DNA of 63,525 bases, counting the filler, from Malassezia furfur (Eukaryota), in assembly GCA_052055015.1 (NCBI GenBank). It is 45 parts of 45 records of this genome, joined end to end, with 100 filler letters (N's around TTAATTAATTAA, not from the genome) between each part and the next. Parts side by side here need not be neighbours in the genome. Positions count along the whole stretch, not along the records: positions 23,264 to 24,587 come from JBQJIT010001193.1; positions 24,688 to 26,009 come from JBQJIT010001194.1; positions 26,110 to 27,426 come from JBQJIT010001195.1; positions 27,527 to 28,838 come from JBQJIT010001196.1; positions 28,939 to 30,248 come from JBQJIT010001197.1; positions 30,349 to 31,654 come from JBQJIT010001198.1; positions 31,755 to 33,057 come from JBQJIT010001199.1; positions 33,158 to 34,460 come from JBQJIT010001200.1; 37 more parts are not named here. The stretch is one strand, 5' to 3'. The notes under the pieces are model-generated. The model did not search any database, had not been told where the DNA came from, and was given only the letters and a program-made list of their open reading frames with translations. Below, piece by piece: positions 23,635 to 34,560 of this stretch. The position numbers were made by a program, and so were the translations under genes. Position 1 is the first letter of the stretch. Each line of letters begins with the position of its first letter.

Positions 23635-24078
23635 GTTGTGGGATATTATAGGTTCCGACCAGCGGACCTAGGGATGCCGAAACAATGAAAGAGGATGAGG
23701 GTGAGAACGCTTCGCACAGCGAATGCAGTTCGTGCGCCTAGGAACACCAGGTTGCCTAGACAAAGGGAGTCGGATGGGTGGAGAAAGGAGCACAAGAATG
23801 TCAGTGCTTACGCTCGCTCCGAGACAGGACCACGCCGCAAAGGGGGAGGGGAGGGGAAGATGGATGACGTTCGGCCGCGGCGCAAGCCATCGTTATATAG
23901 CGCCTGCCTGCACGAAGCTTCGTTGAGCATCTACGGCGTGCGGTGCCGGTGTCGCGGCGGCAGCCGCGTGCGTCAACTCCACACAACATCTACGCGGCAC
24001 CCCTCCACTGGGAAGGTGGAGGCGCCCACCGGCAGCAAAACTCTACGCGGCGTGCCACCGTGGCGCACGGGCGCCTCC

Positions 24079-24587
24079 TCATGCGGTGCCGTGCGTGCCA
24101 AGCGTTGGGAAAATGTGGCGGTGCATTACCACGAGGATCTTGACAAGGTGTGCGGCCTTGCCAAGACTGTGGAAACCCTCGGCAACACTGCCCGACCCGG
24201 GTGGGGGCGACAACAAAGTGGAGCCAAACACGAGGCCGAGGTTGTGCGGCGCCATGAGGTTCACCTTGGAGCCGCGCGCCACCATAGCGAGGTGCACCGC
24301 AATGCGCTCGAGCGCATGGTAGTGGCTGCGGGGGAATGCACGGATCAGGTGGCTCATGGCCCGCACGCGGCGCGCCTGGTCGCCGATCTCTTCGGTTTCA
24401 AGTAGGCGATGGTAGAATGCGTACGGCACCACGGGCTCGGGCAGCTCGCGCAGCCACAGCTTGATGGTGCTCGCGATGACGTGCACGTCGACGCGCGCCA
24501 GCGCCGAGGCACTCACCGCGCGCGTGCACAGGGCCTTGCGCAGCGCGTCGACCGACTGCTTCGCGCCCGAGATGCGGTAGATGCCCT
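24079..24587 (-). CDS. RhoGAP-domain protein, C-terminus
   Basis: GIYRISG arginine finger, DVHVIASTIKLWLRELPEPV, NLMAPHNLGLVFG.TL. Confidence 0.92.
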
Positions 24588-24767
24588 NNNNNNNNNNNNN
24601 NNNNNNNNNNNNNNNNNNNNNNNNNNNNNNNTTAATTAATTAANNNNNNNNNNNNNNNNNNNNNNNNNNNNNNNNNNNNNNNNNNNNCTTGCTAGGAAAA
24701 TGAACGACGGATCTACATACCCGACATGCTCGCTGTCATGCAGTGATGTGTAGAAAAGGCAGCTCGC

Positions 24768-25402
24768 CTACAGTAATTTGAATTGACGCGTAAGCTGGTC
24801 CATGACCGAAATGGGCGCTGGACCGAGGCCGATTACGGTGCGACTGCCGGGCTCTACTTGTGTGCGGCCCCTGCGTGAGTGTGTGTCACGTACGCGTCCT
24901 GGATGATGCGCGCTGCGACGCCCAGCGACTTGGCGGCCTCGGCGAGGGATTGCAGTCCGTCCTCGTTGGGTACCTTGACAGCGATCTTGGTTTGGCTGGA
25001 ATGAGTCTCGCGCACGTACCCCAAACGTTGCCAAGTCTGTACGTACTGGGGCGTGATCCGCTTAGCAAGACGGTACGCCGCAAGAGTCGCGTGTCTCATA
25101 TAAGTAACTGCGGCAACTTACCCGCATTGTGCTGCGATTTTTCCCTTGTCCATTTTCAAGTCGGTGCGAACGCCGAGCACCTGGGGGTAAGCGGACACAC
25201 GACCGCGCGCACGTACCATCTTGCATTCCTCCGAGGTAGGGGCAGGGGCATCTTCCTCGCCTTCGTGGCCGTCGTCTTCATCGAGCTCTTCTTCACTGTC
25301 GGACAGCACAACTCCGTCCTGTGGCCACCATGCATGACGCGCATTATGCACAAAATAGCCCACAACTGCGCCCGCGGCAAAAAGGCCCGCCGTACTCGCC
25401 AT
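24768..25402 (-). CDS. PTH2: Peptidyl-tRNA hydrolase 2, complete; introns 25181-25216, 25095-25121, 24996-25019, 24871-24893
   Basis: Spliced product has [29 protein letters not shown]...GQTKIAVK...IQDAGRTQVEPGSRTVIGLGP. Confidence 0.93.
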
Positions 25403-25620
25403 TGTTCGCTTGTCCGCTGCCGAGAAAATTTTTCTGCCGATCAGGGTTAGACAGGCGCCCCCTGGATTAAGCAATTGCCCGTGCGCCGCGCGCGGAATTA
25501 CTGGACAGACGCGAAATGAAAAAGCCGCTTTCTTTGGAGGTTCCTGGCGCGGCATGCATGCGCGCCACAAAATTTTCTTCGGCCGAGCCGGACCCCACCG
25601 CAACGCCACCGGGGACAAAG

Positions 25621-25627
25621 TATATAA
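25621..25627 (+). promoter_or_regulatory. Putative TATA box of the polyubiquitin gene
   Basis: TATATAA 55 bp upstream of the ATG in an otherwise GC-rich context. Confidence 0.6.
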
Positions 25628-26009
<382 letters not shown>

Positions 26010-26109
26010 NNNNNNNNNNNNNNNNNNNNNNNNNNNNNNNNNNNNNNNNNNNNTTAATTAATTAANNNNNNNNNNNNNNNNNNNNNNNNNNNNNNNNNNN
26101 NNNNNNNNN

Positions 26110-27426
26110 TCAAGCTCAGCCTGACCAAGCCGGCGAGCGACGACGTGCAGCGCCAGCGCGGACGGCCGCAGCCGGTCGTGGCACCGACGCGCGCACACGC
26201 ACCACGGTCGATCGCGACACTCCTGCGCCAAAGGCAGGCGCTGCGCCGCAAGGGACTCGACACCGCTGGCCTTTCCCACGCCGAGGCCCTAGCCGTGCAC
26301 GACACGCGCATCGCCGACGAAATTGCCGCGGCACAGCACCGCATGAATGCGACGCACGTGGCACAGGACGCGGCGCACAGCGACGTGCCCCTGGCGCTCG
26401 GCGACGACGATCATGGCCAGCTCCTGCGCCTCCTCGCGCGCGACGCGGCACATACGCAGCATGCCAAAGCACGCACGGCACCGCCCATGCTGTGGACCAC
26501 GTCGTGCTCCCCCTTGCGCACCGCGTGGCCGCCCGAACTGACCGCGTATGCGCGTGATCCTGCGTCTCTGGATACCCGCCTCGCGCTAGGCACCGCCGCG
26601 ACCCTGGCGGTGCCACGCGAGACCCTCGTGACCTGGCTCGTGCACGAACGGATCACGACGCGGCGGCACAGTGCTCACGTTGCGCTCCAGGCACTCGCAC
26701 GCACCCAAAGCGAGGTGCAAGCGTGCTTCTGGGACCAGGTGCCGCATGCGATGCGCGCACTTGGCGCTGACGCCGCGCTCATCGGCGTGCCGACGGCGCC
26801 GGAGCATGCCGAGGGACAAGCACCGATACCCTGTGCGCCGACTCCAGGCGTGCATGCGCTCTGGGAGACGTGCACTGCGATGCCATGCGAGGCCGCCACG
26901 CCGGGCCTCGGTGCCCTCCTCGTTTTGTATGCCGCATCGCTGCCACCGTCGGTCGCGTCGATGGACCTGGTCAGGCGGCTGCTGTTGACGGTGCCGGCCG
27001 CGCCGCTCGTGGCCTCGCTCGTGCGCGTGGGGCTACGGCTGCCGCGGGCCCACCAGCTGCGCCTGGTGCGGGCGTTGCCCGGCACGCTGCGCGGCGTGCG
27101 CGCCGACGTGGCGCTGTGCCTTGCGACCGATCGGTGGAGCGTCCCGGCCGACCGTCTTGCGGCTGCGCATGCGTTCTGCACCGAGGTGCTCGCCACGGCG
27201 GCCGTGCGCAACGACGACGACGCGGCACTGCGTGACACACTCGCCCTCCTTGCCTACGCCGTGGAGGTCGGTGGCGCGGCGCGCGACACCCCACTGGCGC
27301 CCTGGGCGGCGTTCCACGCGGCGCTGGTGCGCCTCGACGCGAGCATCGACGACCACCGCGGCGCGCTGGCAGAACGAAGCGCATGCAAGGACACGTTACA
27401 GCGGCTACAGCTACGTGTACGGTATC
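26110..27426 (+). CDS. Hypothetical protein, possibly Nse6/SLF2-like Smc5/6 cofactor
   Basis: Open frame; C-terminal LDASIDDHRGALAERSACKDTLQRLQLRVRY recalls the terminal helix of FAM178/SLF2-type proteins. Confidence 0.4.
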
Positions 27427-27526
27427 NNNNNNNNNNNNNNNNNNNNNNNNNNNNNNNNNNNNNNNNNNNNTTAATTAATTAANNNNNNNNNNNNNNNNNN
27501 NNNNNNNNNNNNNNNNNNNNNNNNNN

Positions 27527-28223
27527 CGCCGCGGCGCCGAGTGGCGGCGCGGCGGCGGCGGGCGGCGGCGTGCAGCTGGACCCCGCGTTCCCGGCGTCGT
27601 TCAGCGGCTCGCTGATCTTTGCGCCGCAGGACAACCTGAACACCGACGCGCTGTACCCCGGCAAGTATACCTACCAGGACGACATTACGCCTGAGCGCCA
27701 GGCGGAGGTGGTGATGGAGAACTACGACCCCGCGTTTGCGGGCATGGTGGCGCAGGAGCGCGCGCGGCTGCAGACGGCGGCGACGGACCCTGCGTCGCAG
27801 CCCGGCGTGGTGCTGGTGTCGGGCTACAACTTCGGCACCGGCTCGTCGCGCGAGCAGGCGGCGACGGCGCTCAAGTACGCCGGCGTGCCTGTGGTGCTGG
27901 CCGGGTCGTTCAGCGACGTGTTCAAGCGGAACGCGATCAACAACGGGCTGATCTGCCTGCAGTGCCCCGAGCTGGTGGAGGAGCTCACCGCGGCGTACGC
28001 CAAGGACGGCGCACGTGGCCAGGGCGGCAAGGGCCCTGGCGAGATCAGCGTGCTGTTGCGCGATGCGGATCTGCACCTCGACTCGGCGACCGGTGCCGTG
28101 GAGCTGCGATACGCGGACGGGCGCGTGGCGCGGTACACGACGCGCCCCGCGGGCATCGGCCGCTCGATCCAGGAGATCTATGTCGCGGGCGGCATGGAAA
28201 AGTGGGTGGCCGAGCGTTTGTAG
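27527..28223 (+). CDS. LYS4: Homoaconitase, C-terminal swivel domain
   Basis: DNLNTDALYPGKYTYQDD...MENYDP.F...GYNFGTGSSREQAATA...FKRNAINNGL. Confidence 0.93.
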
Positions 28224-28257
28224 CCACGTGATAGACGACGTCGATCAAGCGGGGGGC

Positions 28258-28838
28258 ATGCATGCGGTGCAGGTAGGGCAGCGTGCGCACGGCTGACGCA
28301 CAGACGCGGTTCTGGGCGGTGCGCGACTCGCTCGCGCCCGTGCTGCGCGAGAGCAAGTTTCGCGAGCACGGGCGCATCACGCCCGAAGAGTTTGTCCTTG
28401 CGGGCGACTTTCTCGTGCGCGCGCATCCGGCGTGGCAGTGGGCGTCCGGCGAGTCGTCCAAGGCGCGCGAGTACCTCCCGCGCGACAAGCAGTTCCTCAT
28501 AAACAAGGGCGTGCCGTGCTTCCGCCGCGTGAGCACGCTGCCGGCCAAGAAGCGGCGCAGCCGGCTGCTCTCGCCGAGCTCCACCACGAGCCTCTCGCGC
28601 CAGAACCGCGAGGCGCGCGCGTTTGGCGGCACCGCGGACGACACGGAAGAGGTGCTATACCTCGACGACGAGCACGACAAGCACGAGAGCTGGATCATGA
28701 TGCACGCGACACCGGACCATAGTGCGGCGCCGTCGCCCGATTCGCGGCGCGCGTCGATGCTGAGCGACGACGTAGGCCGCGCGCTGCCCGCGCACCTCGA
28801 GCGCCTGTCGCTCGACGAGACGTGGGGCGGCGCGCGCG
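28258..28838 (+). CDS. ATG3: Autophagy E2-like enzyme Atg3, N-terminal part; intron 28273-28303
   Basis: [43 protein letters not shown]...WQW...[15 protein letters not shown]. Confidence 0.93.
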
Positions 28839-28938
28839 NNNNNNNNNNNNNNNNNNNNNNNNNNNNNNNNNNNNNNNNNNNNTTAATTAATTAANNNNNN
28901 NNNNNNNNNNNNNNNNNNNNNNNNNNNNNNNNNNNNNN

Positions 28939-29052
28939 GGCGCGGCGCTGGCGGCATGGGTGCGTGCGCAGCTGCCGCGCCTCGTGCAGCTGTCGGCGTC
29001 GGCGCGGCCCGCGGCGCGCGACGTGCTCGTGGCGCTGGATGCGGCGCTATAG
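28939..29052 (+). CDS. C-terminal fragment of an unidentified protein
   Basis: GAALAAWVRAQLPRLVQLSASARPAARDVLVALDAAL*, convergent with OMA1. Confidence 0.5.
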   Translation, partial: GAALAAWVRAQLPRLVQLSASARPAARDVLVALDAAL

Positions 29053-29055
29053 AGG

Positions 29056-30248
29056 CTATGCGGCCTGCGCGGTGCGTGCGCGCGGCATGGAAAACGGCGA
29101 ATTGCCCGTGAGCGTGGCGGCGGCGTCGGCAAACGCGGAGCGCTGCCTGCATCCGCTGCCATCGTAGGCCTGCTCGGCGCTCGGTAGCTGTGTGAGGGAG
29201 ACGGCGGACGTACCCATTGCTGGATCTGCTGGACGCGTGTGCTGTCGACCGGGTGCGTCGACAGGATCGACTGCGCCGACTCGGCGAGTTTGCCCTGGCG
29301 CCCTGCGCTGCCGCCGCCCATGCGCTGCCAGAAGGAGACGGCCTGCGACGGGTCGAAGCATGCCTTGGCCATGATCTCGAGGCCGATGTGGTCCGCCTCG
29401 CTCTCCATTGTGCGCGAGTTGGGCAGCGACATGAGCAGGTTGAGCGCCATGCGGCTCAGCCCGATGTCGAAGCCGAGCATGTCCATGAACAGCCCGAGCA
29501 CATACACTACCGTCAGCCCCGACATCTTCTCCGCCGGGTGCCGCGCGAGGACGTGCGCAATCTCGTGCGAGAGCACGGTCGCGAGCCCGTCGTCGTTCTG
29601 GCACACGGGCAGAATGCCGGTGAACACAAAGATGGAGCCGCCCGGGAGCGCAAACGCGTTCTTCTCCGGGCTCGCGATGACGTGCACGTTCCACTGCGTC
29701 GGCGGCGCGCCGGGCGCACGCTCGCGGTCCAGATCGCCGCACACGTCGATGATGCGCTGCGCGACGCTGCGCACACGCACCGCGTCCGGCGACCACGACG
29801 ACAGGACGCGGTCGCCGTACGTCTGCATGGTCTGCTCGTACGACTGGCGCCCAAGCTGGTCCTCGTCTGTGACGCTCACGTCGAGGAAGCGCCAGCGCCC
29901 GGTCTCGGGCACCTGCTGCAGGTGGCAGACGTAGTAGACGCCGCCGGCGCCCGCGAGCACGAGGACGACGGTGAGCTGGCGCTGGCGCTGGGTGAGCTGG
30001 GTCGGTGCGGCCGGGCGCTGTGTGGGCGCCTCGTAGGCGTACAGAGGTGTGCCGCCGCGGTACGCGTCGTACGGCGGCGGCGGCGCGCGCGTGGTGCGTG
30101 CGCGCTGCTGGTCGCGTGCGCCCTGGCGGAGCAGGTCGATCAGGAGCTGTTCCTGCTCGGCGCGGCGGCGGCGGTCGTCGTCGCGCGCGAGACGCGGCAG
30201 CGTGCGTGTGAGTGCGATGCTGCGCGGCGCGGGTGCTGGGTGAGCGCC
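29056..30248 (-). CDS. OMA1: Mitochondrial M48 metalloendopeptidase Oma1; intron 29188-29213
   Basis: VPETGRWRF, NAFALPGGSIFVFTGIL, LSHEIAHVLARH (HExxH), SRTMESEADHIGL, LSTHP. Confidence 0.93.
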
Positions 30249-30491
30249 NNNNNNNNNNNNNNNNNNNNNNNNNNNNNNNNNNNNNNNNNNNNTTAATTAA
30301 TTAANNNNNNNNNNNNNNNNNNNNNNNNNNNNNNNNNNNNNNNNNNNNCGCGCATCCCGAGCTCGGTGCACACGGCGCCGGGCAGGCGCCCGGCGTCGCT
30401 CCACGCTTCGCAAACCGCGCGCATCGACGTTGTGGGTATTTTTGCAAATTTCCCGATCACGCCGCGTACGCCTCGACGACGACGACGGAGA

Positions 30492-31531
30492 ATGGTACGT
30501 GGTGGCCGGCTCACGCGCAGTTCCGCAAGTACGTTGCGCGCGCCACTGACCCAGTACGTACGATAGCGACAACACCGTCTGTACGTCTCGCCACTCACGC
30601 AGTCTCGCCGCAGGGCCGGCTCCACCAGGTGGAATACGCGCTCGAAGCCGTCAAGCAGGGCTCGGCGGTGGTCGGCGTGCGCTCCCAGACGCACGCGGTG
30701 CTTGTCGCGCTGAAGCGCGCCCCGTCGGAGCTCGCGTCGTATCAGCGCAAGATGCTCAAGATCGACAAGCACATCGGCATCGGCTTCGCCGGCCTCACGA
30801 GCGACGCGCGTGTGCTGAGGTACGTCGCTGTGCGGCTCACGCAGCAACTACATGCGCCAGCTCGCGCTGTCGTCGCGCATGATGTACGCGCGCGCGCTGC
30901 CGCTGTCGCGCCTCATGAGCGCGCTGGCCGACCGCGCGCAGCTCAACACGATGCAGTACGGCAAGCGGCCGTACGGTGTGGGCTTCTTGGTGATCGGCGT
31001 CGACGATACCGGCCCGCACCTGTACGAGTTCTCGCCGACGGGCAACTGCTTTGAGTACTATGCGATGTCGCTCGGCGCGCGCAACCAGAGCGCCAAGACC
31101 TACCTCGAGCGCCACATGGACGAGTTTGCGGACGTCGATGTGAACGAGTTGGTGGTGCATGCGCTGCGCGCGCTGCGCGAGACGCTCCCGCAGAACAAGG
31201 ACGTACGTCTTGCGCACTCACGCAGCTCGAGCGCGCCGCGGTGTCGGTCGCGATCGTGGGCCCCGGCGCGAACGCCGACCCCAACTCGCCCAAGGTGCGC
31301 GAGGGACAGCAGTTTACGCTGCACGAGGGCGACGAGCTCGCGCAGTGGTTCGACGCGTACGTTGCCGTGGACTGACCCAGGCTCGGCCCCAAGGAGCGCC
31401 AGCGCGCGGCGCAGCAGGCGGCACAGGCCGAGGCCGCGCAGGCCGACGCGGCCGGTGGAGAGAATGGCGAGCAGGGCACGGGCGACGCCGCGCCCACCGA
31501 TGCCCAGGCGCCGATGGACGAGGAGAACTAG
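30492..31531 (+). CDS. PRE5: 20S proteasome alpha-6 subunit, complete; introns 30495-30520, 30529-30554, 30581-30602, 30820-30844, 31203-31225, 31357-31380
   Basis: Splicing gives [33 protein letters not shown]...[14 protein letters not shown]...RPYGVG...[12 protein letters not shown]. Confidence 0.95.
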
Positions 31532-31569
31532 TGTCGTAGATGGATACCATGGCGGCAAGAGCGCGGGGC

Positions 31570-31632
31570 GCCCGGCGCCGGCCAGGGACCGCCCAGCGCC
31601 GCCCAGGGACTGCCCAGCGCCGGCCAGGGATC
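31570..31632. repeat. 21-bp tandem repeat, 3 imperfect copies
   Basis: GCCCGGCGCCGGCCAGGGACC / GCCCAGCGCCGCCCAGGGACT / GCCCAGCGCCGGCCAGGGATC, just downstream of PRE5. Confidence 0.85.
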
Positions 31633-31770
31633 GGCGGGGGCCCACGGGGGCCCANNNNNNNNNNNNNNNNNNNNNNNNNNNNNNNNNNNNNNNNNNNNTT
31701 AATTAATTAANNNNNNNNNNNNNNNNNNNNNNNNNNNNNNNNNNNNNNNNNNNNATGCATGCATAGGGGG

Positions 31771-33057
31771 CTACGCCAAGGCGCCCCAGCGCCCGAGGCC
31801 CGCCGAGAGCAGCGCAAGGCCGACGAGCATGGTCGTGTACGTGATGCTGATGAGCCCGAGGCGCGGGATGAACACCATCCACACGGTCGTCGCGACGGTG
31901 CGCAGCGCCACAAGCACGAGCAGGGTCGGCCACATGGTGACGAGCGGCGGGAAGGGCAGGAACGCATAGGTATTCCCCTGTGTGGTGGGGTCGCCGAGGC
32001 ACCCCTCGGCCTGCGTCAGCGATGCGGAGAGGATGAGCGTGCACCCAATGTCCCAGAGCACACTATCGAGGCGCCACAAGGCGATCGTTGCGGGCGAGAC
32101 GTTCTCGAGGAGCTCGCCGAGCTGTTCCTCGAGCTCGGCCTTTTCGCGCACGAGGATCAGCTCGTCGATCGGCATCTCTTCCTCTTCGGTCGAGGTCGAG
32201 GCGCTCGCAGAGGCCGACGAGGCGTCGTCGTTGTCGTCGTCGGCGTCGGCGGCGGCGCTCGTGCCGACATAGTCCGTCAGCAAATCCTCCTCGTCGAGGC
32301 TCGGCACGCGGTCGACCGAGCGGTACAGCGGGAGGAACTTGCCGAGCTGGTAGGTGCCAGCGACGAGCTCGGCGGCCGCCCACCCAGCGCCGAGCCAGAG
32401 GGCGACGGCGAAGCGGGGGTCGTCCGGCCCGATCTGGCACGTCATGTCGTCGATGGGCGTGGTGGTGGTGGCGGCGCGCACGAGCTTGGTGTTGTGCTGC
32501 TGCCACGCAAGGGCGACGACGATCACGACACAGAGGGCCTGGCCGAGGAGGCGGAGTCCCTCGACGACGACCGAGCGGAGGAGGGCGGACGCGAGGCCCG
32601 TGAGGATCATGACGGACTCGTCAAAGAGCGCCGACGCGAACAGCCAGTCGTGCGGGAGGACAAAGAGCGCCTTGGTGACGAGGAAGGTCGCCTCCCAGCA
32701 CACGGGGCGCAGGGCGTAGGCTGTGTGCCAGCTCATGGCGCCGAGCGCGACAAAGAGCGCCATGACGCGCGTAGTGAGGATCGGCGCGCACGCGTGGGTG
32801 TCGGCGTCCGGGTAGAGGAGATGCATGTCGCACACGTCGAGCACGGCGGACGACGCGCCGAGGGTGGTGCCGAGCACGGCGAGCGCCGGGAGCAGGGCGA
32901 GTGCATGGCCGGCGAGGAGGCGCGCCCACGACACCGGGGCGGGCAGGGGTCCGACGCGGATCTGCGAGTTGTCCGGCGACTGGATGGGCGACCAGTTGCT
33001 GGGCCGCAAGAAGTTGGACCCGCCGACGTCCGGCATCGTCGAGCCGCGCGCGAAGCG
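31771..33057 (-). CDS. Uncharacterised multi-pass membrane protein
   Basis: About 420 aa with roughly 7-8 hydrophobic segments and an acidic loop (REKAELEEQLGE); ATG at 33036. Confidence 0.75.
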   Translation of the reverse strand, partial: RFARGSTMPDVGGSNFLRPSNWSPIQSPDNSQIRVGPLPAPVSWARLLAGHALALLPALAVLGTTLGASSAVLDVCDMHLLYPDADTHACAPILTTRVMALFVALGAMSWHTAYALRPVCWEATFLVTKALFVLPHDWLFASALFDESVMILTGLASALLRSVVVEGLRLLGQALCVVIVVALAWQQHNTKLVRAATTTTPIDDMTCQIGPDDPRFAVALWLGAGWAAAELVAGTYQLGKFLPLYRSVDRVPSLDEEDLLTDYVGTSAAADADDDNDDASSASASASTSTEEEEMPIDELILVREKAELEEQLGELLENVSPATIALWRLDSVLWDIGCTLILSASLTQAEGCLGDPTTQGNTYAFLPFPPLVTMWPTLLVLVALRTVATTVWMVFIPRLGLISITYTTMLVGLALLSAGLGRWGALA

Positions 33058-33157
33058 NNNNNNNNNNNNNNNNNNNNNNNNNNNNNNNNNNNNNNNNNNN
33101 NTTAATTAATTAANNNNNNNNNNNNNNNNNNNNNNNNNNNNNNNNNNNNNNNNNNNN

Positions 33158-33325
33158 GCCGGGCGCCAGCGCCCGCACCGCACGCGCGCTCGTGTCGAGC
33201 AGCTCGGCCAGCTGGTCGTCGCAGTGCAGCAGGCGCGCGAGCAGGTCGTCCGCCGTGTGCGCCTCGGACGCGCCGGACGCGTCCGAGCCGGGCGTCGGCG
33301 CGCCGTCCGCGCGCGCGTGCGTCAT
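33158..33325 (-). CDS. Probable Mediator subunit Med11, N-terminus
   Basis: DDLLARLLHCDDQLAELLDTSARAVRAL resembles the first helix of Med11. Confidence 0.5.
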
Positions 33326-33340
33326 GGTGCGAGGCAACGA

Positions 33341-34460
33341 CTACTCGGCCGAACTACGGTGGGCCGTGCGCTTCTTGCGCCGGGGGGCGCCGCGCGCGTC
33401 GGCGTCCTTGCGCTTGGGCGCACGCGCCTCGGCGTCGGGCGCGCGCGGGGCGCGCACGCTAAACGTCGTCGAGAGCGTGCGCGAGGGGTCCTCGTGCATC
33501 TTGCGCACGCGCGCCTCGGCCTCCGCCCAGTCGGCGGGGTCGTCGTCCGGTAGGAGGTAGCGCTGCATCTCGGCATCCTGCGCCAAGTCCGCGCGCATCT
33601 GCTTCTGTGCCGCGTCCTGCTCGGCGAGCGCGTCGCGGCCCGCCTCGGCGAGCTCCTCGTCGAGCTCCTGGAGCACGGGCTGCGCGCGCGCGGGCGCCTC
33701 GGCGGGCGCGGGCGCCTCGAGCGTCTGTGCGACGGAGCGCCGCTCCAGGGCGCGCAGATTCTGCACCATCCAGCGCACCGCCTTGGCGAGCAGCGTGTGC
33801 GCCTGGCTCAGCGGGAGCTGCAGCTCGCCGGCGGCGTCGTCGAGCGTGCGCCGCTGCAGGCCGACGGCGAGGAGCAGCGCCGCCGACAGGCCGCTGACGG
33901 TGAGCTGCGTCGCGGCGCTCTCCTCGTCGTCGCCGACGACGCGCAGGCGGCCGGCAAAGTAGAGCGTCGCGAGCGTCGGCAGCAGGTCCAGCACGACCTG
34001 CAGCTCGAGCAGGTTGTTCCCGTACGACTCGAGGCGCTTCATGTCGAACGGCGTGAGGAGCCACGCAAGCTCCGCGGCGGTGAGCGCCGCCTCGGGCGCC
34101 TCGCTCGCGACGGACGCGGCCTCGACGACGCTGAGTGCCGTGAGCGTGCTCAGCTCGCGGAAGCGGAACGCGAGCAGCGACAAGAAGCGCCGGCGGAAGT
34201 CGCGCGCAAACGCCGCGAGCCACGCTGCGCCGCGCGCGGCGCCGATCGTCTTGAGCTGCACCGTGGAGTACTCGCCGGTGAGCTCGTTGGGCGTCTGCCG
34301 CATGTACAGCGGCACGAACCCCGCGTGCTTCCAGAAGCGGAACAGGCTCGGCGTCAGGCCGTACGACACGCCGAGCCACTCGAGCCGCTCCGGCGCCCGC
34401 TCCGCGAGCCGCTCGAGGAGCGGCGGCAGCTGCGACGCGTCGCGCACCGCCCCCGCGCCG
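33341..34460 (-). CDS. KRE33: RNA cytidine acetyltransferase Kre33/NAT10, C-terminal part
   Basis: LGVSYGLT..LFRFWK.AGFVPLYMRQTPNELTGEYS, DFRRRFLSLL, TPFDMKRLESY. Confidence 0.95.
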
Positions 34461-34560
34461 NNNNNNNNNNNNNNNNNNNNNNNNNNNNNNNNNNNNNNNN
34501 NNNNTTAATTAATTAANNNNNNNNNNNNNNNNNNNNNNNNNNNNNNNNNNNNNNNNNNNN

